Positions 14,849-23,143 of a stretch of 45,009 nucleotides of DNA are shown here, piece by piece (within the stretch, counting starts at the first letter, position 1; each line of letters opens with the position of its first letter). The notes beneath the pieces are model-generated. The model had not been told where the DNA came from. It ran no database searches and saw only the letters and a list, made by a program, of their open reading frames with translations. This DNA comes from Alphaproteobacteria bacterium (lineage in GTDB: Bacteria; Pseudomonadota; Alphaproteobacteria; Rs-D84). Location: NCBI GenBank assembly GCA_016301865.1, contig JAEDOP010000001.1, forward strand, positions 1-45,009, given 5' to 3'. The translations under genes were made by a program, and so were the position numbers.

Positions 14849-14864
14849 CCGGGCCGATTCCCGG
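14849..14864 (+). promoter_or_regulatory. Promoter-less copy of leader hairpin 2 directly after tRNA-Leu
   Basis: CCGGG-CCGATT-CCCGG, 21 nt upstream of the ATG at 14886. Confidence 0.5.
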
Positions 14865-14885
14865 AAACATAAAACCAAATGTCTT

Positions 14886-15341
14886 ATGATGGACACGAAA
14901 AGATTTCAAAAGTATTACCAATCCGGGCCGCATTTCCGGATTGAGAACCCGAACCCGTGTTGGGCTGAAAAACGCGGCTTAAAATGGGACCGTGGCGATT
15001 GCGCCATACGTGCGTTGGCCAACGCCATTTCCTGTTCGTGGGTCGAATCGTTCGAATACTTGACCGCCAAGGCCCGCCGGGATTTCAACGTACCGAATGA
15101 CGGCCCCGGATTCCGCCGTTGGTTGATTGAGGGCGGCGCGGCTTGGACCCATTGCTCGGCCGTCAAGGGTAAATCCCGAATGACCGCGAAACAGTTTGCG
15201 GAAACGCACCCAACCGGCCGTTATGTCATTACGGTTGCATCCCACGAAACCGCGTGTGTTGATGGTGTTATTCTGGACGCGTGGAATTGCGGAGAAAAAG
15301 CGGTTGTCGGTTATTTCGATATGTCGAATTTTAAGTTATAA
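14886..15341 (+). CDS. Papain-fold Cys-His(-Asp) enzyme candidate (151 aa)
   Basis: RGDCAIRALANAI ... YVITVASHETACVDGVILDAWN has a nucleophile Cys at a helix start and a downstream His/Asp, as in cysteine-peptidase-like folds. Confidence 0.35.
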   Translation: MMDTKRFQKYYQSGPHFRIENPNPCWAEKRGLKWDRGDCAIRALANAISCSWVESFEYLTAKARRDFNVPNDGPGFRRWLIEGGAAWTHCSAVKGKSRMTAKQFAETHPTGRYVITVASHETACVDGVILDAWNCGEKAVVGYFDMSNFKL

Positions 15342-15352
15342 TTCATTAACCC

Positions 15353-15372
15353 GGGGCCGGGCAACCGGCCCC
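15353..15372 (+). promoter_or_regulatory. GC-rich intercistronic hairpin, family copy 2
   Basis: GGGGCCGG-GCAA-CCGGCCCC, with the same flanks as 4990-5009. Confidence 0.55.
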
Positions 15373-15388
15373 ACAAACAGGCGATACG

Positions 15389-16807
15389 ATGTATATTAAA
15401 AGATTGGAATTGTTGAATTTCCAAGTTATCGAACAGTTTTCCGCCGACTTTGACGGAACGGTTTATTTCGTGACCGGAGACAACGAATTAGGCAAATCCA
15501 CATTGTTAAAGGCAATAGGCGCACTGTTGACCGGCCAACGTGACGATGTGTTACGTAACGGCGCGTCAAAGGGCTTTGCCAAAATGGTTGTGGGCGACGA
15601 TGGCGAAGAATACGACGTACAATTGTCGTTCACGGAAGCGAACCCACGCGGAACGCTTACCATCAAGCAAAAGACAACCGGGATGGCGACTAACAACGTT
15701 TCGATGTTGCAACGCATTTTCGGGTATCAAGATTTCGACGCGGTGGAATTTTCCCGTTGGTCCGAAACCGCCGAGGGCCGCCGCAAACAAATTGCCGTGG
15801 TTAAATCTCTGTTGCCCGAAAAGGTCCGGAACAGGATTGCGGAAATTGACGAAACCGTTACAACGATGAAAGCGGAACGCACCGGCGTAAACCGGGATGT
15901 AAAGACGTTTGCCGCCCTGTATGAATCCATCGAAAAACAGTTGGCCCCGGGCGATGTTGAGAAATACGCCGTGCCCGTGGACGTTACCGCGTTGATGGAA
16001 CGCCAAAAGACCAATGCGCAATTGATTGAAAAGGCAAAGACGGTACGCGCCGCCGTTGCGCAACGCACTCAACAGTTGGCCGAAATCCCCGACAGAATGA
16101 AAGTGGTTGACGAAACGTTGACCGCAGCGAAACGGGCCATTGACGAAACTGTTGCCGCCGCGAAAGCCGCGTACGAAAAGGCCATTGCCGATGCAAAGAT
16201 TGCCCGCGAAAAGGCTGATGCCGCCCACGCGGAAGCAATCGCCGCAATCGAAGCCGACCGCAAAGCGTTTGCCGAACGCAAGGCCAACGGCGAAAGTTGG
16301 TTGGCAAAGTACGAAGCAAACAACCCCGAAAAAACCGACGTTCCGGCCCTGTTGGCCGATGCGGAAGCCCACAACAAAAGGTACAATCTTGTCTGCCAAT
16401 ACAAGGAAAAGAAACAACAGTACGAAACCGTCAAGGCCAAGGCCGAAAAGATGGATACGGACATTGACAAATTGGCAAGCGAACGCGCTGGGTTGATTGC
16501 ATCCGCCGAATTGCCGATTGCCGGGTTGTCATTTACTGATGATGGGTTGACGTTGAACGGCATTCCGTTTGTCCCGGGCAAGGTTTCCGATTCTCAAATT
16601 TTAATGACGGCAACGAAACTGGTTGTTGCGTCAAATCCTAATACGCGGATATTCCGAATTGCACGTGGCGAAAGTTTGGGCGCAAAGAGGTTGGCGGAAA
16701 TTATCGAAATTGCCCGCGAAAATCATTTCCAGGGCTTCGTTGAGAACGTGGTACGCGGTCAAGAAGAATTGCGCATTGAAGAATATACGGAATTTGAGAA
16801 AAAATAG
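15389..16807 (+). CDS. SMC/Rad50/RecN-like ATPase (Walker A head plus coiled coil)
   Basis: MYIKRLELLNFQ...VYFVTGDNELGKSTLLKAI is a typical SMC-type N-terminal head. The middle is a long A/E/K-rich coiled coil. The C-terminal head is degenerate (VSDSQ..., RIFRIARGESLG). Confidence 0.6.
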   Translation: MYIKRLELLNFQVIEQFSADFDGTVYFVTGDNELGKSTLLKAIGALLTGQRDDVLRNGASKGFAKMVVGDDGEEYDVQLSFTEANPRGTLTIKQKTTGMATNNVSMLQRIFGYQDFDAVEFSRWSETAEGRRKQIAVVKSLLPEKVRNRIAEIDETVTTMKAERTGVNRDVKTFAALYESIEKQLAPGDVEKYAVPVDVTALMERQKTNAQLIEKAKTVRAAVAQRTQQLAEIPDRMKVVDETLTAAKRAIDETVAAAKAAYEKAIADAKIAREKADAAHAEAIAAIEADRKAFAERKANGESWLAKYEANNPEKTDVPALLADAEAHNKRYNLVCQYKEKKQQYETVKAKAEKMDTDIDKLASERAGLIASAELPIAGLSFTDDGLTLNGIPFVPGKVSDSQILMTATKLVVASNPNTRIFRIARGESLGAKRLAEIIEIARENHFQGFVENVVRGQEELRIEEYTEFEKK

Positions 16808-16914
16808 TGACTTTGAATGCGCGGATAGGATGAATTTGCAACCCATCCGAAAAGGTACGCCGATTGCCCGGCCGCGCTTTTCAATCAATCGGTAACATAT
16901 TAAATCGGCAAGAA

Positions 16915-17484
16915 ATGCAAAGCGAAATTTGGAAAGATGTACCCGGTTATTCCGGGTTGTATCAAGTTAGCAATTTGGGACGTGTTAAAAGTCTTGCGCG
17001 GGTTGATGCGAACAAACATTTTGTGCGTGAAAGAATCTTGAAACAATCAAATCGCGGGAATGGTTATAACGTTGTTGTTCTGTATTCAAAAGGACACAAA
17101 ATGTTTGCCGTTCATCGGTTGGTAGCGTTGGCGTTCATTCCGAATCCGGACGGGTTGCCGCAAGTCAACCATAAAAACGAAAACAAAACAGATAACCGGG
17201 TTGAAAATTTGGAATGGTGTACGGCAAGACAAAACGCGAATTATGGAACAAACAGGGCAAGAATTTCGAAAACCCGTAAATGTTCCAAAAGATGCAAAGA
17301 AGATGTTGAAAGGCGTAAACGTCCAATTGTTCAGTATGATTTATCCGGTAATTTTATACGGCGTTATGATAGTATTTCGGCCGCAAAAATTGAAAACGGA
17401 ATCCCTGTAAACAATGGTTCGTTAAATGCGTGTTTGAAAGGAAAACAAAAAACTGCTTATAATTACGTGTGGAAATATGATTGA
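16915..17484 (+). CDS. HNH homing endonuclease with NUMOD4-like N-terminus (copy 1)
   Basis: EIWKDVPGYSGLYQVSNLGRVKS (NUMOD4-like), VHRLVALAF..QVNHKNENKTDNRVENLEWCT (HNH), and a C-terminal ISAAKIE..AYNYVWKY DNA-binding motif. The gene is an AT-rich island. Confidence 0.75.
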   Translation: MQSEIWKDVPGYSGLYQVSNLGRVKSLARVDANKHFVRERILKQSNRGNGYNVVVLYSKGHKMFAVHRLVALAFIPNPDGLPQVNHKNENKTDNRVENLEWCTARQNANYGTNRARISKTRKCSKRCKEDVERRKRPIVQYDLSGNFIRRYDSISAAKIENGIPVNNGSLNACLKGKQKTAYNYVWKYD

Positions 17485-17893
17485 CAAAGAAACACAACAA
17501 AAGATTGCATCTTGTAAGGCTTTACAGGGAATGACGGTCGAAGATTTCATTAAAAACGACCGGTTCCGCGAAAACTTGGCCGGTTACTTGACCGAACAAC
17601 GGGAAACCCGCAAGACGGCCCGCGCATCATACGCGGCGATGCGAAAGGTTGGCGGCGCAAAGGGTTACAAATTGCCCGCCCACGTATGCGACAAATTCAT
17701 TGACGTTTCCGTTGACCAATTCGCAGAACTGTTTATGGCCGTAATTGCCAAGCGATACAACGGCCCGTTTGCTGAACGTCAATACATCCGACAATTAGGG
17801 ATGCAAGCGTACAATTTGACCGTTGCGCAATATGTCGTTGAAGAATACCCGGAATTGGAAGCCGTGTTGCTTCCAAAAGCAAAAGCGAATTGA
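17477..17893 (+). CDS. Hypothetical protein (138 aa)
   Basis: ATG ORF that overlaps the end of the HNH gene. Confidence 0.55.
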   Translation: MIDKETQQKIASCKALQGMTVEDFIKNDRFRENLAGYLTEQRETRKTARASYAAMRKVGGAKGYKLPAHVCDKFIDVSVDQFAELFMAVIAKRYNGPFAERQYIRQLGMQAYNLTVAQYVVEEYPELEAVLLPKAKAN

Positions 17894-17895
17894 CG

Positions 17896-18294
17896 ATGGA
17901 CAAAATAAGCGAATCCGGCATTATTACGGATAACGGACAATTGCGGTTGCCGATGGACCGGTTAAACGCGTTTTTCGCGGCCAATAAGGGCAAACGGGTT
18001 GTCGTCCGGTTCGAAGCCGCCGCGCCCGGTTCAACCGAATTGCAATTGGCGTATTATTTCAATTACATTGTTCCGACCATACAAACGGCCCTTTGGGAAA
18101 ACGGCGACCGCCGGACCGAAAAACAGGTTGATTTGTGGTTGCGTCAACAATGCGCAAGTTGTTACAATGATTATGGCGGAGTGTTGGAAGCCCGGCAAAT
18201 ATCCAAACCGGATTTCTCCGATTTCATCGAATGGTTGAAACAGTTTGCCGCCGAAAACCTGTATGTTTATATTGAGGACCCGAGAACACTTTAA
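17896..18294 (+). CDS. Hypothetical protein (132 aa)
   Basis: ATG at 17896. The track start at 17890 is a TTG overlapping the previous stop. Confidence 0.55.
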   Translation: MDKISESGIITDNGQLRLPMDRLNAFFAANKGKRVVVRFEAAAPGSTELQLAYYFNYIVPTIQTALWENGDRRTEKQVDLWLRQQCASCYNDYGGVLEARQISKPDFSDFIEWLKQFAAENLYVYIEDPRTL

Positions 18295-18305
18295 TAAAAA
18301 ACAAT

Positions 18306-18482
18306 ATGCGAAAGATTAACGAAAACAATTATGTGGATTTTACCATTACCGGGCCGGGTTGGTCTTTGACTGTTGCCACGTTCAAAAACGCGGTTGGCGA
18401 ATGGAAAGATATAACCCGCGCCGGATGCACGTTGTACGGTAACAAGCCCGACGGAACACGGGCAATCATTGATTCCAAATAA
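18306..18482 (+). CDS. Hypothetical small protein (58 aa; below the ORF-track cutoff)
   Basis: Hand translation gives MRKINENNYVDFTITGPGWSLTVATFKNAVGEWKDITRAGCTLYGNKPDGTRAIIDSK. It fills a gap otherwise covered only by the antisense ORF 18291..18509. Confidence 0.45.
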   Translation: MRKINENNYVDFTITGPGWSLTVATFKNAVGEWKDITRAGCTLYGNKPDGTRAIIDSK

Positions 18483-18502
18483 CACATAAAAGGCGATACG
18501 AA

Positions 18503-19366
18503 ATGACAATTAACGACGTTTTATTTTTCGATACCGAAACGACCGGCATACCAGACCGTTCGGCCAAATGGGACACGGACTTTGCAGATTACCCGCACGT
18601 TGTGCAAATGGCGTGGATTCACGGTTGCAAGGTTGAAAACCACATTATCCGCCCGGATGGGTGGGAAATCCCGGATGATACCGTGGCGGTCCACGGCATA
18701 ACCACGGAATACGCGTTGGAACACGGGGAACCGTTCGCCGCCGTTGTGGATATGTTCATACAGGATTGCCACGATGCCGGGTTAATTTGCGGTCACAACA
18801 TACATTTCGATACCGGCATTGTCAAAGCCAACATCTTGCGCGAACTTGGCCGGGAATATTACGAGGCAAACGACGTGGAAACCGCGTTGTATAAGGGCAA
18901 GCGAATTGACACGATGCGCCCGACGATGAAATGGGTTGATGCCCGGATGGCGAACGGCCGGTTGAAATTCCCGAATCTTTCCGAACTGTATTCCCGTTGT
19001 TTCCCGGGCGAAACGTTCCCGGCGCACAATGCGATTGAGGATGTAAAGGCAGTTGCCCGTTGTTTGCCCGTTATCCTTGAATTGGGGTTGGTTGAACTGA
19101 AAGTAAAGGAATACCCGGAAGAACAACAGAATAACCCGGTTTCCGCCTTTGCTAACGCCGACGCGGCAAGCGATGCCGCTAAGATTGCGGCCGATGCGGC
19201 AAAGAAATTCGGAGCGGCCCCGGAAACGTCCGGAAATGGCCCTATTTTGGACGCAAAACAAAAAGATGATAAATTACCCATCCAACCGGCGAAAGCCCCG
19301 GAAATCGAAAATTTCACAAAAATAAGCGATGCGGCGGCCGAACTGTTGGACCAAAACGATTTCTAA
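18503..19366 (+). CDS. DnaQ-like DEDDh 3'-5' exonuclease with a low-complexity C-terminal tail
   Basis: FFDTETTG (Exo I), GHNIHFDTG (Exo II) and HNAIEDV (Exo III). Confidence 0.8.
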   Translation: MTINDVLFFDTETTGIPDRSAKWDTDFADYPHVVQMAWIHGCKVENHIIRPDGWEIPDDTVAVHGITTEYALEHGEPFAAVVDMFIQDCHDAGLICGHNIHFDTGIVKANILRELGREYYEANDVETALYKGKRIDTMRPTMKWVDARMANGRLKFPNLSELYSRCFPGETFPAHNAIEDVKAVARCLPVILELGLVELKVKEYPEEQQNNPVSAFANADAASDAAKIAADAAKKFGAAPETSGNGPILDAKQKDDKLPIQPAKAPEIENFTKISDAAAELLDQNDF

Positions 19367-19368
19367 TT

Positions 19369-19566
19369 ATGCCAGAGACAATTGAATTTCGCAACACGCC
19401 CGGATTAACCCGGGAATATGTCAACAATTGGTTGATTCACGCCCGCAAGGACAAGGCGGCCCCGGCGCAAATCGCCGTATTGGAAGATATTTTGAAATTG
19501 ATTGATGTTGCATTAACAGTATTGCAACCCGAACCGGCGGCCCCGAAAAACAAGAAACAATCCTAA
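19369..19566 (+). CDS. Hypothetical protein (65 aa)
   Basis: ATG ORF 2 nt after the previous stop. Confidence 0.5.
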   Translation: MPETIEFRNTPGLTREYVNNWLIHARKDKAAPAQIAVLEDILKLIDVALTVLQPEPAAPKNKKQS

Positions 19567-19579
19567 TACCAATAGCGAT

Positions 19580-20200
19580 ATGGAAAAAGAATTACAAACC
19601 ATCCCGACCGAAAAGGACTTTAATTTGTCCAAGGTCAAATTGTTGCCGAAAGGCGGAATCCAAGCGGAATACCAAGTAACGCAAACCGTTGACGGCGAAA
19701 CGTCGTTGATTGACCGAAACGAAACGTGTACCCGCGACGTACACCCGGATTTATTGGCGATGTTCACGGACTTGCGTACCATTGTGGCCCGCGTGTTCAA
19801 CATTACGTCGTTTCTTACTTTGTTGGAATCCGACGATATGAAATTGCCCGAATCCAAAAAAATGTTGGCCCGCAATTTCGCAAACGAACTGTTAGCCAAA
19901 ATTGAGGTTCGCGGCGTGTCTTGGTCTGGAACAGACGACAACACCGGCGTTGTCATTACCGCCGTGTTTGAAACCCCGAATGGCCTAAAAACGTGCATCA
20001 ACACCCCGCGTATTAAGATGGTAACGATTTCTTTCGGGTTTGAGGAAGAATTGGAAACCATCGTGGAATCCATCAAAAAAGAGGTTTACGCGTATTTGTT
20101 CAAGGGCAAACAGGCGCAAATGTCTTTGTTCGGCGACAACGGCGCGGCCGATGATGAACCGGACCCGTTGGATAACCCCGATGATATGCCCGCTTTATAA
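19580..20200 (+). CDS. Hypothetical protein with an acidic C-terminal tail (206 aa)
   Basis: Ends ...GAADDEPDPLDNPDDMPAL. No family recognised. Confidence 0.6.
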   Translation: MEKELQTIPTEKDFNLSKVKLLPKGGIQAEYQVTQTVDGETSLIDRNETCTRDVHPDLLAMFTDLRTIVARVFNITSFLTLLESDDMKLPESKKMLARNFANELLAKIEVRGVSWSGTDDNTGVVITAVFETPNGLKTCINTPRIKMVTISFGFEEELETIVESIKKEVYAYLFKGKQAQMSLFGDNGAADDEPDPLDNPDDMPAL

Positions 20201-20628
20201 TGGAACCGTTCTTGATTGATACCCGCGAACAATACGACCTTTGCAAAGCGCACGGAATCGAACCGTTGGTTGACCGGCGTTTTACAATGGAAATCCGTTT
20301 GCGGGTTTCAATCCAAAGAGAATTGTTCGGGACCGGCCATACCCCGGAGGAAAACGAAAGGTTTTATCGTTGGTGTTGGGACCATTACCCGCACATTTGC
20401 GCGGAATGTATGCGGCCGTTGCGTCAATATTCGGCAACTTATGTATCGCACATAATGACACGCGGGGCGCACCCGGAAACCGCCCACGATTGCCGGAACG
20501 TTAACATTCTGTGTTTTTCGCACCATTCCGTTTGGGAAAATGGCGACCGGCGCAATATGCGGATATACCGGGCAAATCTGTTAATTGTTGAACAGTTGAA
20601 AAAAGAATATGCAACCGTTAAATTTTGA
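20200..20628 (+). CDS. Zn-finger / HNH-like (beta-beta-alpha-Me) nuclease candidate
   Basis: CAEC ... SHIMTRGAHPETAHDCRNVNILCFSHHSVWENG has a Cys/His arrangement reminiscent of HNH/NinG-type phage nucleases. Confidence 0.35.
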   Translation: MEPFLIDTREQYDLCKAHGIEPLVDRRFTMEIRLRVSIQRELFGTGHTPEENERFYRWCWDHYPHICAECMRPLRQYSATYVSHIMTRGAHPETAHDCRNVNILCFSHHSVWENGDRRNMRIYRANLLIVEQLKKEYATVKF

Positions 20629-20860
20629 TGGCGCCAACATAGTTTTTGGCGCGAACCAACCCGAATATCAACCATTACCGGCCGAACGTGTCGGAAAGCC
20701 CGAAACCGGCCAAATCAATACGTGTTGGGAACTTTCCCCGGATGAACTGAAACAGATACAGGAAACCGGCAAAATTTGGGTTTCCCTGTTGACATTTGGA
20801 CAACCATTGCAACCCGTGTTGGTTTCCGTTGACAAACCCGAACCATACGACCCGGAATGA
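20609..20860 (+). CDS. Hypothetical protein (83 aa)
   Basis: ATG ORF overlapping the upstream gene by 20 nt. Confidence 0.5.
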   Translation: MQPLNFDGANIVFGANQPEYQPLPAERVGKPETGQINTCWELSPDELKQIQETGKIWVSLLTFGQPLQPVLVSVDKPEPYDPE

Positions 20861-21174
20861 AAGATTACAACGAATTGGTACGCCGGTCCATCCGGAAAGA
20901 CTTTGCCAAAGCAAATTTCAAGCGGAATGCCCGCGTACCGAAAACGCCGCATCCAAAGAACACGAAACGCGTTTTGTCGGTTAATGTGCAATGCGAATAT
21001 TACCGATTTCGGAAATACTTTGTTGGCCGTTTGGTGCGAATCGTGGATGATGCCATTTCGGGCGTATGGGTTGAATTTGTCCGTGATGCGGACCGGAAAA
21101 GTTTGAACGCCGCTGCCGGATGGTCCGACAATAAACGAAAGTATTTGTTATCTGGAGCGAAATTTGACGATTAA
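20857..21174 (+). CDS. Hypothetical protein (105 aa)
   Basis: ATGA overlap with the upstream gene. Confidence 0.55.
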   Translation: MKDYNELVRRSIRKDFAKANFKRNARVPKTPHPKNTKRVLSVNVQCEYYRFRKYFVGRLVRIVDDAISGVWVEFVRDADRKSLNAAAGWSDNKRKYLLSGAKFDD

Positions 21175-21221
21175 GCACGAAAAAAACGCTTATTTTGAAA
21201 AACGGATATAACTAATTGATT

Positions 21222-21641
21222 ATGAACAAAGTATTTTTGAAAGGGAACGTTGGACAAGACCCGCGCATTACCACGTTCCAAGATGGAGGAAAGGTCGCGC
21301 AATTTACATTGGCAACGACCGAACGCGGATTTACGACCCGGGACGGTAAACAGATTCCCAACGTAACCTATTGGCACAATATCGTTGTCAAGCGCACCGG
21401 GCTTGCGGGCGTGTGCGAACAGTACGTGAAAAAGGGAACCCCGCTTTTGATTGTCGGCAAGATTCAAACGCGGTCGTATGAGGATAACGCCGGACAAACC
21501 CGGTATGTTACCGAAATCATCGTGGAAGAAATGGAATTGTTGGGCGGTCAAAAGCGCGAACCGGCCCCCGCCCCGGAACCTGAATACAGGCCGACCGGCG
21601 GCGGTTATCAACCGATGGAATCGTATGATGATTTGCCGTAG
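21222..21641 (+). CDS. ssb: Single-stranded DNA-binding protein
   Basis: MNKVFLKGNVGQDP..FTLAT.. ..WHNIVV....A......KG..L.V.G.IQTRSYED..GQTRYVTEIIV is an OB-fold SSB pattern. A Gly/Pro-rich linker and an acidic tip YDDLP follow. Confidence 0.85.
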   Translation: MNKVFLKGNVGQDPRITTFQDGGKVAQFTLATTERGFTTRDGKQIPNVTYWHNIVVKRTGLAGVCEQYVKKGTPLLIVGKIQTRSYEDNAGQTRYVTEIIVEEMELLGGQKREPAPAPEPEYRPTGGGYQPMESYDDLP

Positions 21642-21661
21642 GATTCAAAAACCGAACGATT

Positions 21662-22174
21662 ATGCAAATTGACCGTAAAGATTACAACTCGGACCAACAC
21701 GACGTTTACAAGGCGTTGTCGGTAAAACAACCGTATGCGGATTTGTTAACGCGTGTTGTGTACCGGGATGAATCCGGGGAATACCACGCCGAAAAAACAA
21801 TTGAGGTGCGCACCAGGAATACCAATTATCGCGGCGACCTCTTGGTTTGTGCATCCGCTAAACCGGAATTGCCCGGCCGGATGTCCGGCGTTACTTGCGG
21901 ATTCGTGGAATTGTACGACGTTAAGCCAATCGAACAATTCACGCCGGAAGATTGGGCCGCAACTTGCATCCCAGAAAAGGACCGCCCGCGCAAGGGTTAC
22001 GGATGGATGATGCGCAACCCGCGCCGCGTCGTGGAAATGCCGATTAAGGGCCAATTGGGCGTTTACAACCTTATCGTGCCGAAAGGCGACATCACGGAAT
22101 ATCCCCGGGCAATGGCCTTGGATTCCGACGGATGGGATATTGTGCAACAACATATTAAACCGAAAAGAAAATGA
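21662..22174 (+). CDS. ASCH (PUA-like) domain protein
   Basis: ALSVKQPYADLL...KTIEVRTRNTNYRGDLLVCAS matches the ASCH core pattern. Confidence 0.5.
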   Translation: MQIDRKDYNSDQHDVYKALSVKQPYADLLTRVVYRDESGEYHAEKTIEVRTRNTNYRGDLLVCASAKPELPGRMSGVTCGFVELYDVKPIEQFTPEDWAATCIPEKDRPRKGYGWMMRNPRRVVEMPIKGQLGVYNLIVPKGDITEYPRAMALDSDGWDIVQQHIKPKRK

Positions 22175-22347
22175 CAATCAAAACCATTTTATTGCCTGTT
22201 GAAAAGGCGGCATTTATCCAAAAGAACGCATCCGAATATGGTTGCAATTTGGTTGAACTTGCCATTGCCGGGAATAATTCGGCCAAAGTGACCGTTACCG
22301 GCGAAGATGATAACGTAAAAAAATTGTTTGACGAAATTGGCGAATGA
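22171..22347 (+). CDS. Hypothetical small protein (58 aa; below the ORF-track cutoff)
   Basis: Hand translation gives MTIKTILLPVEKAAFIQKNASEYGCNLVELAIAGNNSAKVTVTGEDDNVKKLFDEIGE. There are ATGA overlaps at both ends (22171-22174 and 22344-22347). Confidence 0.5.
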   Translation: MTIKTILLPVEKAAFIQKNASEYGCNLVELAIAGNNSAKVTVTGEDDNVKKLFDEIGE

Positions 22348-22934
22348 TGGAATACGAAGATTATTGGAAACAGAGATTAACGCCTTACGATATTGAATTG
22401 GCGATAATGGTTGAATCCGTGACCGGGAAACCGTGCGAATTGAAGAATGGCGGCGACAATTTCTTTTTCGAAGCGGATTACGAAAAGCACAACGAACCGG
22501 AATATATTTTGGCCATTTGGGACGCAATAGAGGGCCGGACCGGAAAACGCCTTTTGGAAATAAAAGACGACCCCGAACGTCACGCCCTGTTTGTCCGTGT
22601 TAAGTTTTCCGATACCCAATACCCGGGAATCATCCGGCCAACGCGTGACCAATCCCCGCAAGAAACATTCGGAAGCATATATTGTCATAAATTGGTCGAA
22701 ATTCGGGCAATACAGGTTGAACGGGACAACGCCGAATCCGTATTGCAATTTGTCGGAAACGGCGAATGGGAAATTGAACGCCGCCCGGGCGGAAAAGCAA
22801 TGTTCCATTTCCGTAATGCGGCCGGTTCCGTTTATGCCCACGCTCCGGAACATTCATACATCGTTTATATTGCACCGGAACGGTTCGAAATCGTAGATAA
22901 AGAAACGTTCGAAAGGGAATACGAATTACGATGA
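22344..22934 (+). CDS. Hypothetical protein (196 aa)
   Basis: ATG ORF in the co-directional array. Confidence 0.6.
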   Translation: MMEYEDYWKQRLTPYDIELAIMVESVTGKPCELKNGGDNFFFEADYEKHNEPEYILAIWDAIEGRTGKRLLEIKDDPERHALFVRVKFSDTQYPGIIRPTRDQSPQETFGSIYCHKLVEIRAIQVERDNAESVLQFVGNGEWEIERRPGGKAMFHFRNAAGSVYAHAPEHSYIVYIAPERFEIVDKETFEREYELR

Positions 22935-23143
22935 AGAATGAACAATTACCGTTGGCAATGGCAACAGAAACCGAACGATTGAGCGATTTGAAATGCGGCG
23001 ATTGCATCCATCGCCGGTTATCCGGATGTTGGGCGCCGCAATACGTGTGCGAAATAGACGGATTCACCGTTGATAAAGACGGCCCCGCGTGTATTTCAGT
23101 ATTACCAAAAAACACAAAACACTATGGCAAGAGCAGCGATTGA
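22931..23143 (+). CDS. Hypothetical Cys-rich protein (70 aa)
   Basis: CGDCIHRRLSGCWAPQYVC...C. ATGA overlap with the upstream gene. Confidence 0.5.
   Translation: MKNEQLPLAMATETERLSDLKCGDCIHRRLSGCWAPQYVCEIDGFTVDKDGPACISVLPKNTKHYGKSSD

Noticed and set aside
14546-14933. ORFs 14546..14788 (-), 14634..14933 (-) and 14674..14889 (+).
   Set aside because: They overlap the two hand-folded tRNA genes and the leader-type hairpin. No coding signal is needed to explain this stretch.
8249-16807. The Toprim protein (8249-9136) plus the SMC/ABC-like ATPase (15389-16807), considered as an OLD/Gabija/PARIS/Wadjet-type defence pair.
   Set aside because: The two genes are 6 kb apart, in different transcription units and separated by about 15 genes. 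The Toprim protein has a Spo11-type tyrosine domain, not an OLD/DUF4435 architecture.
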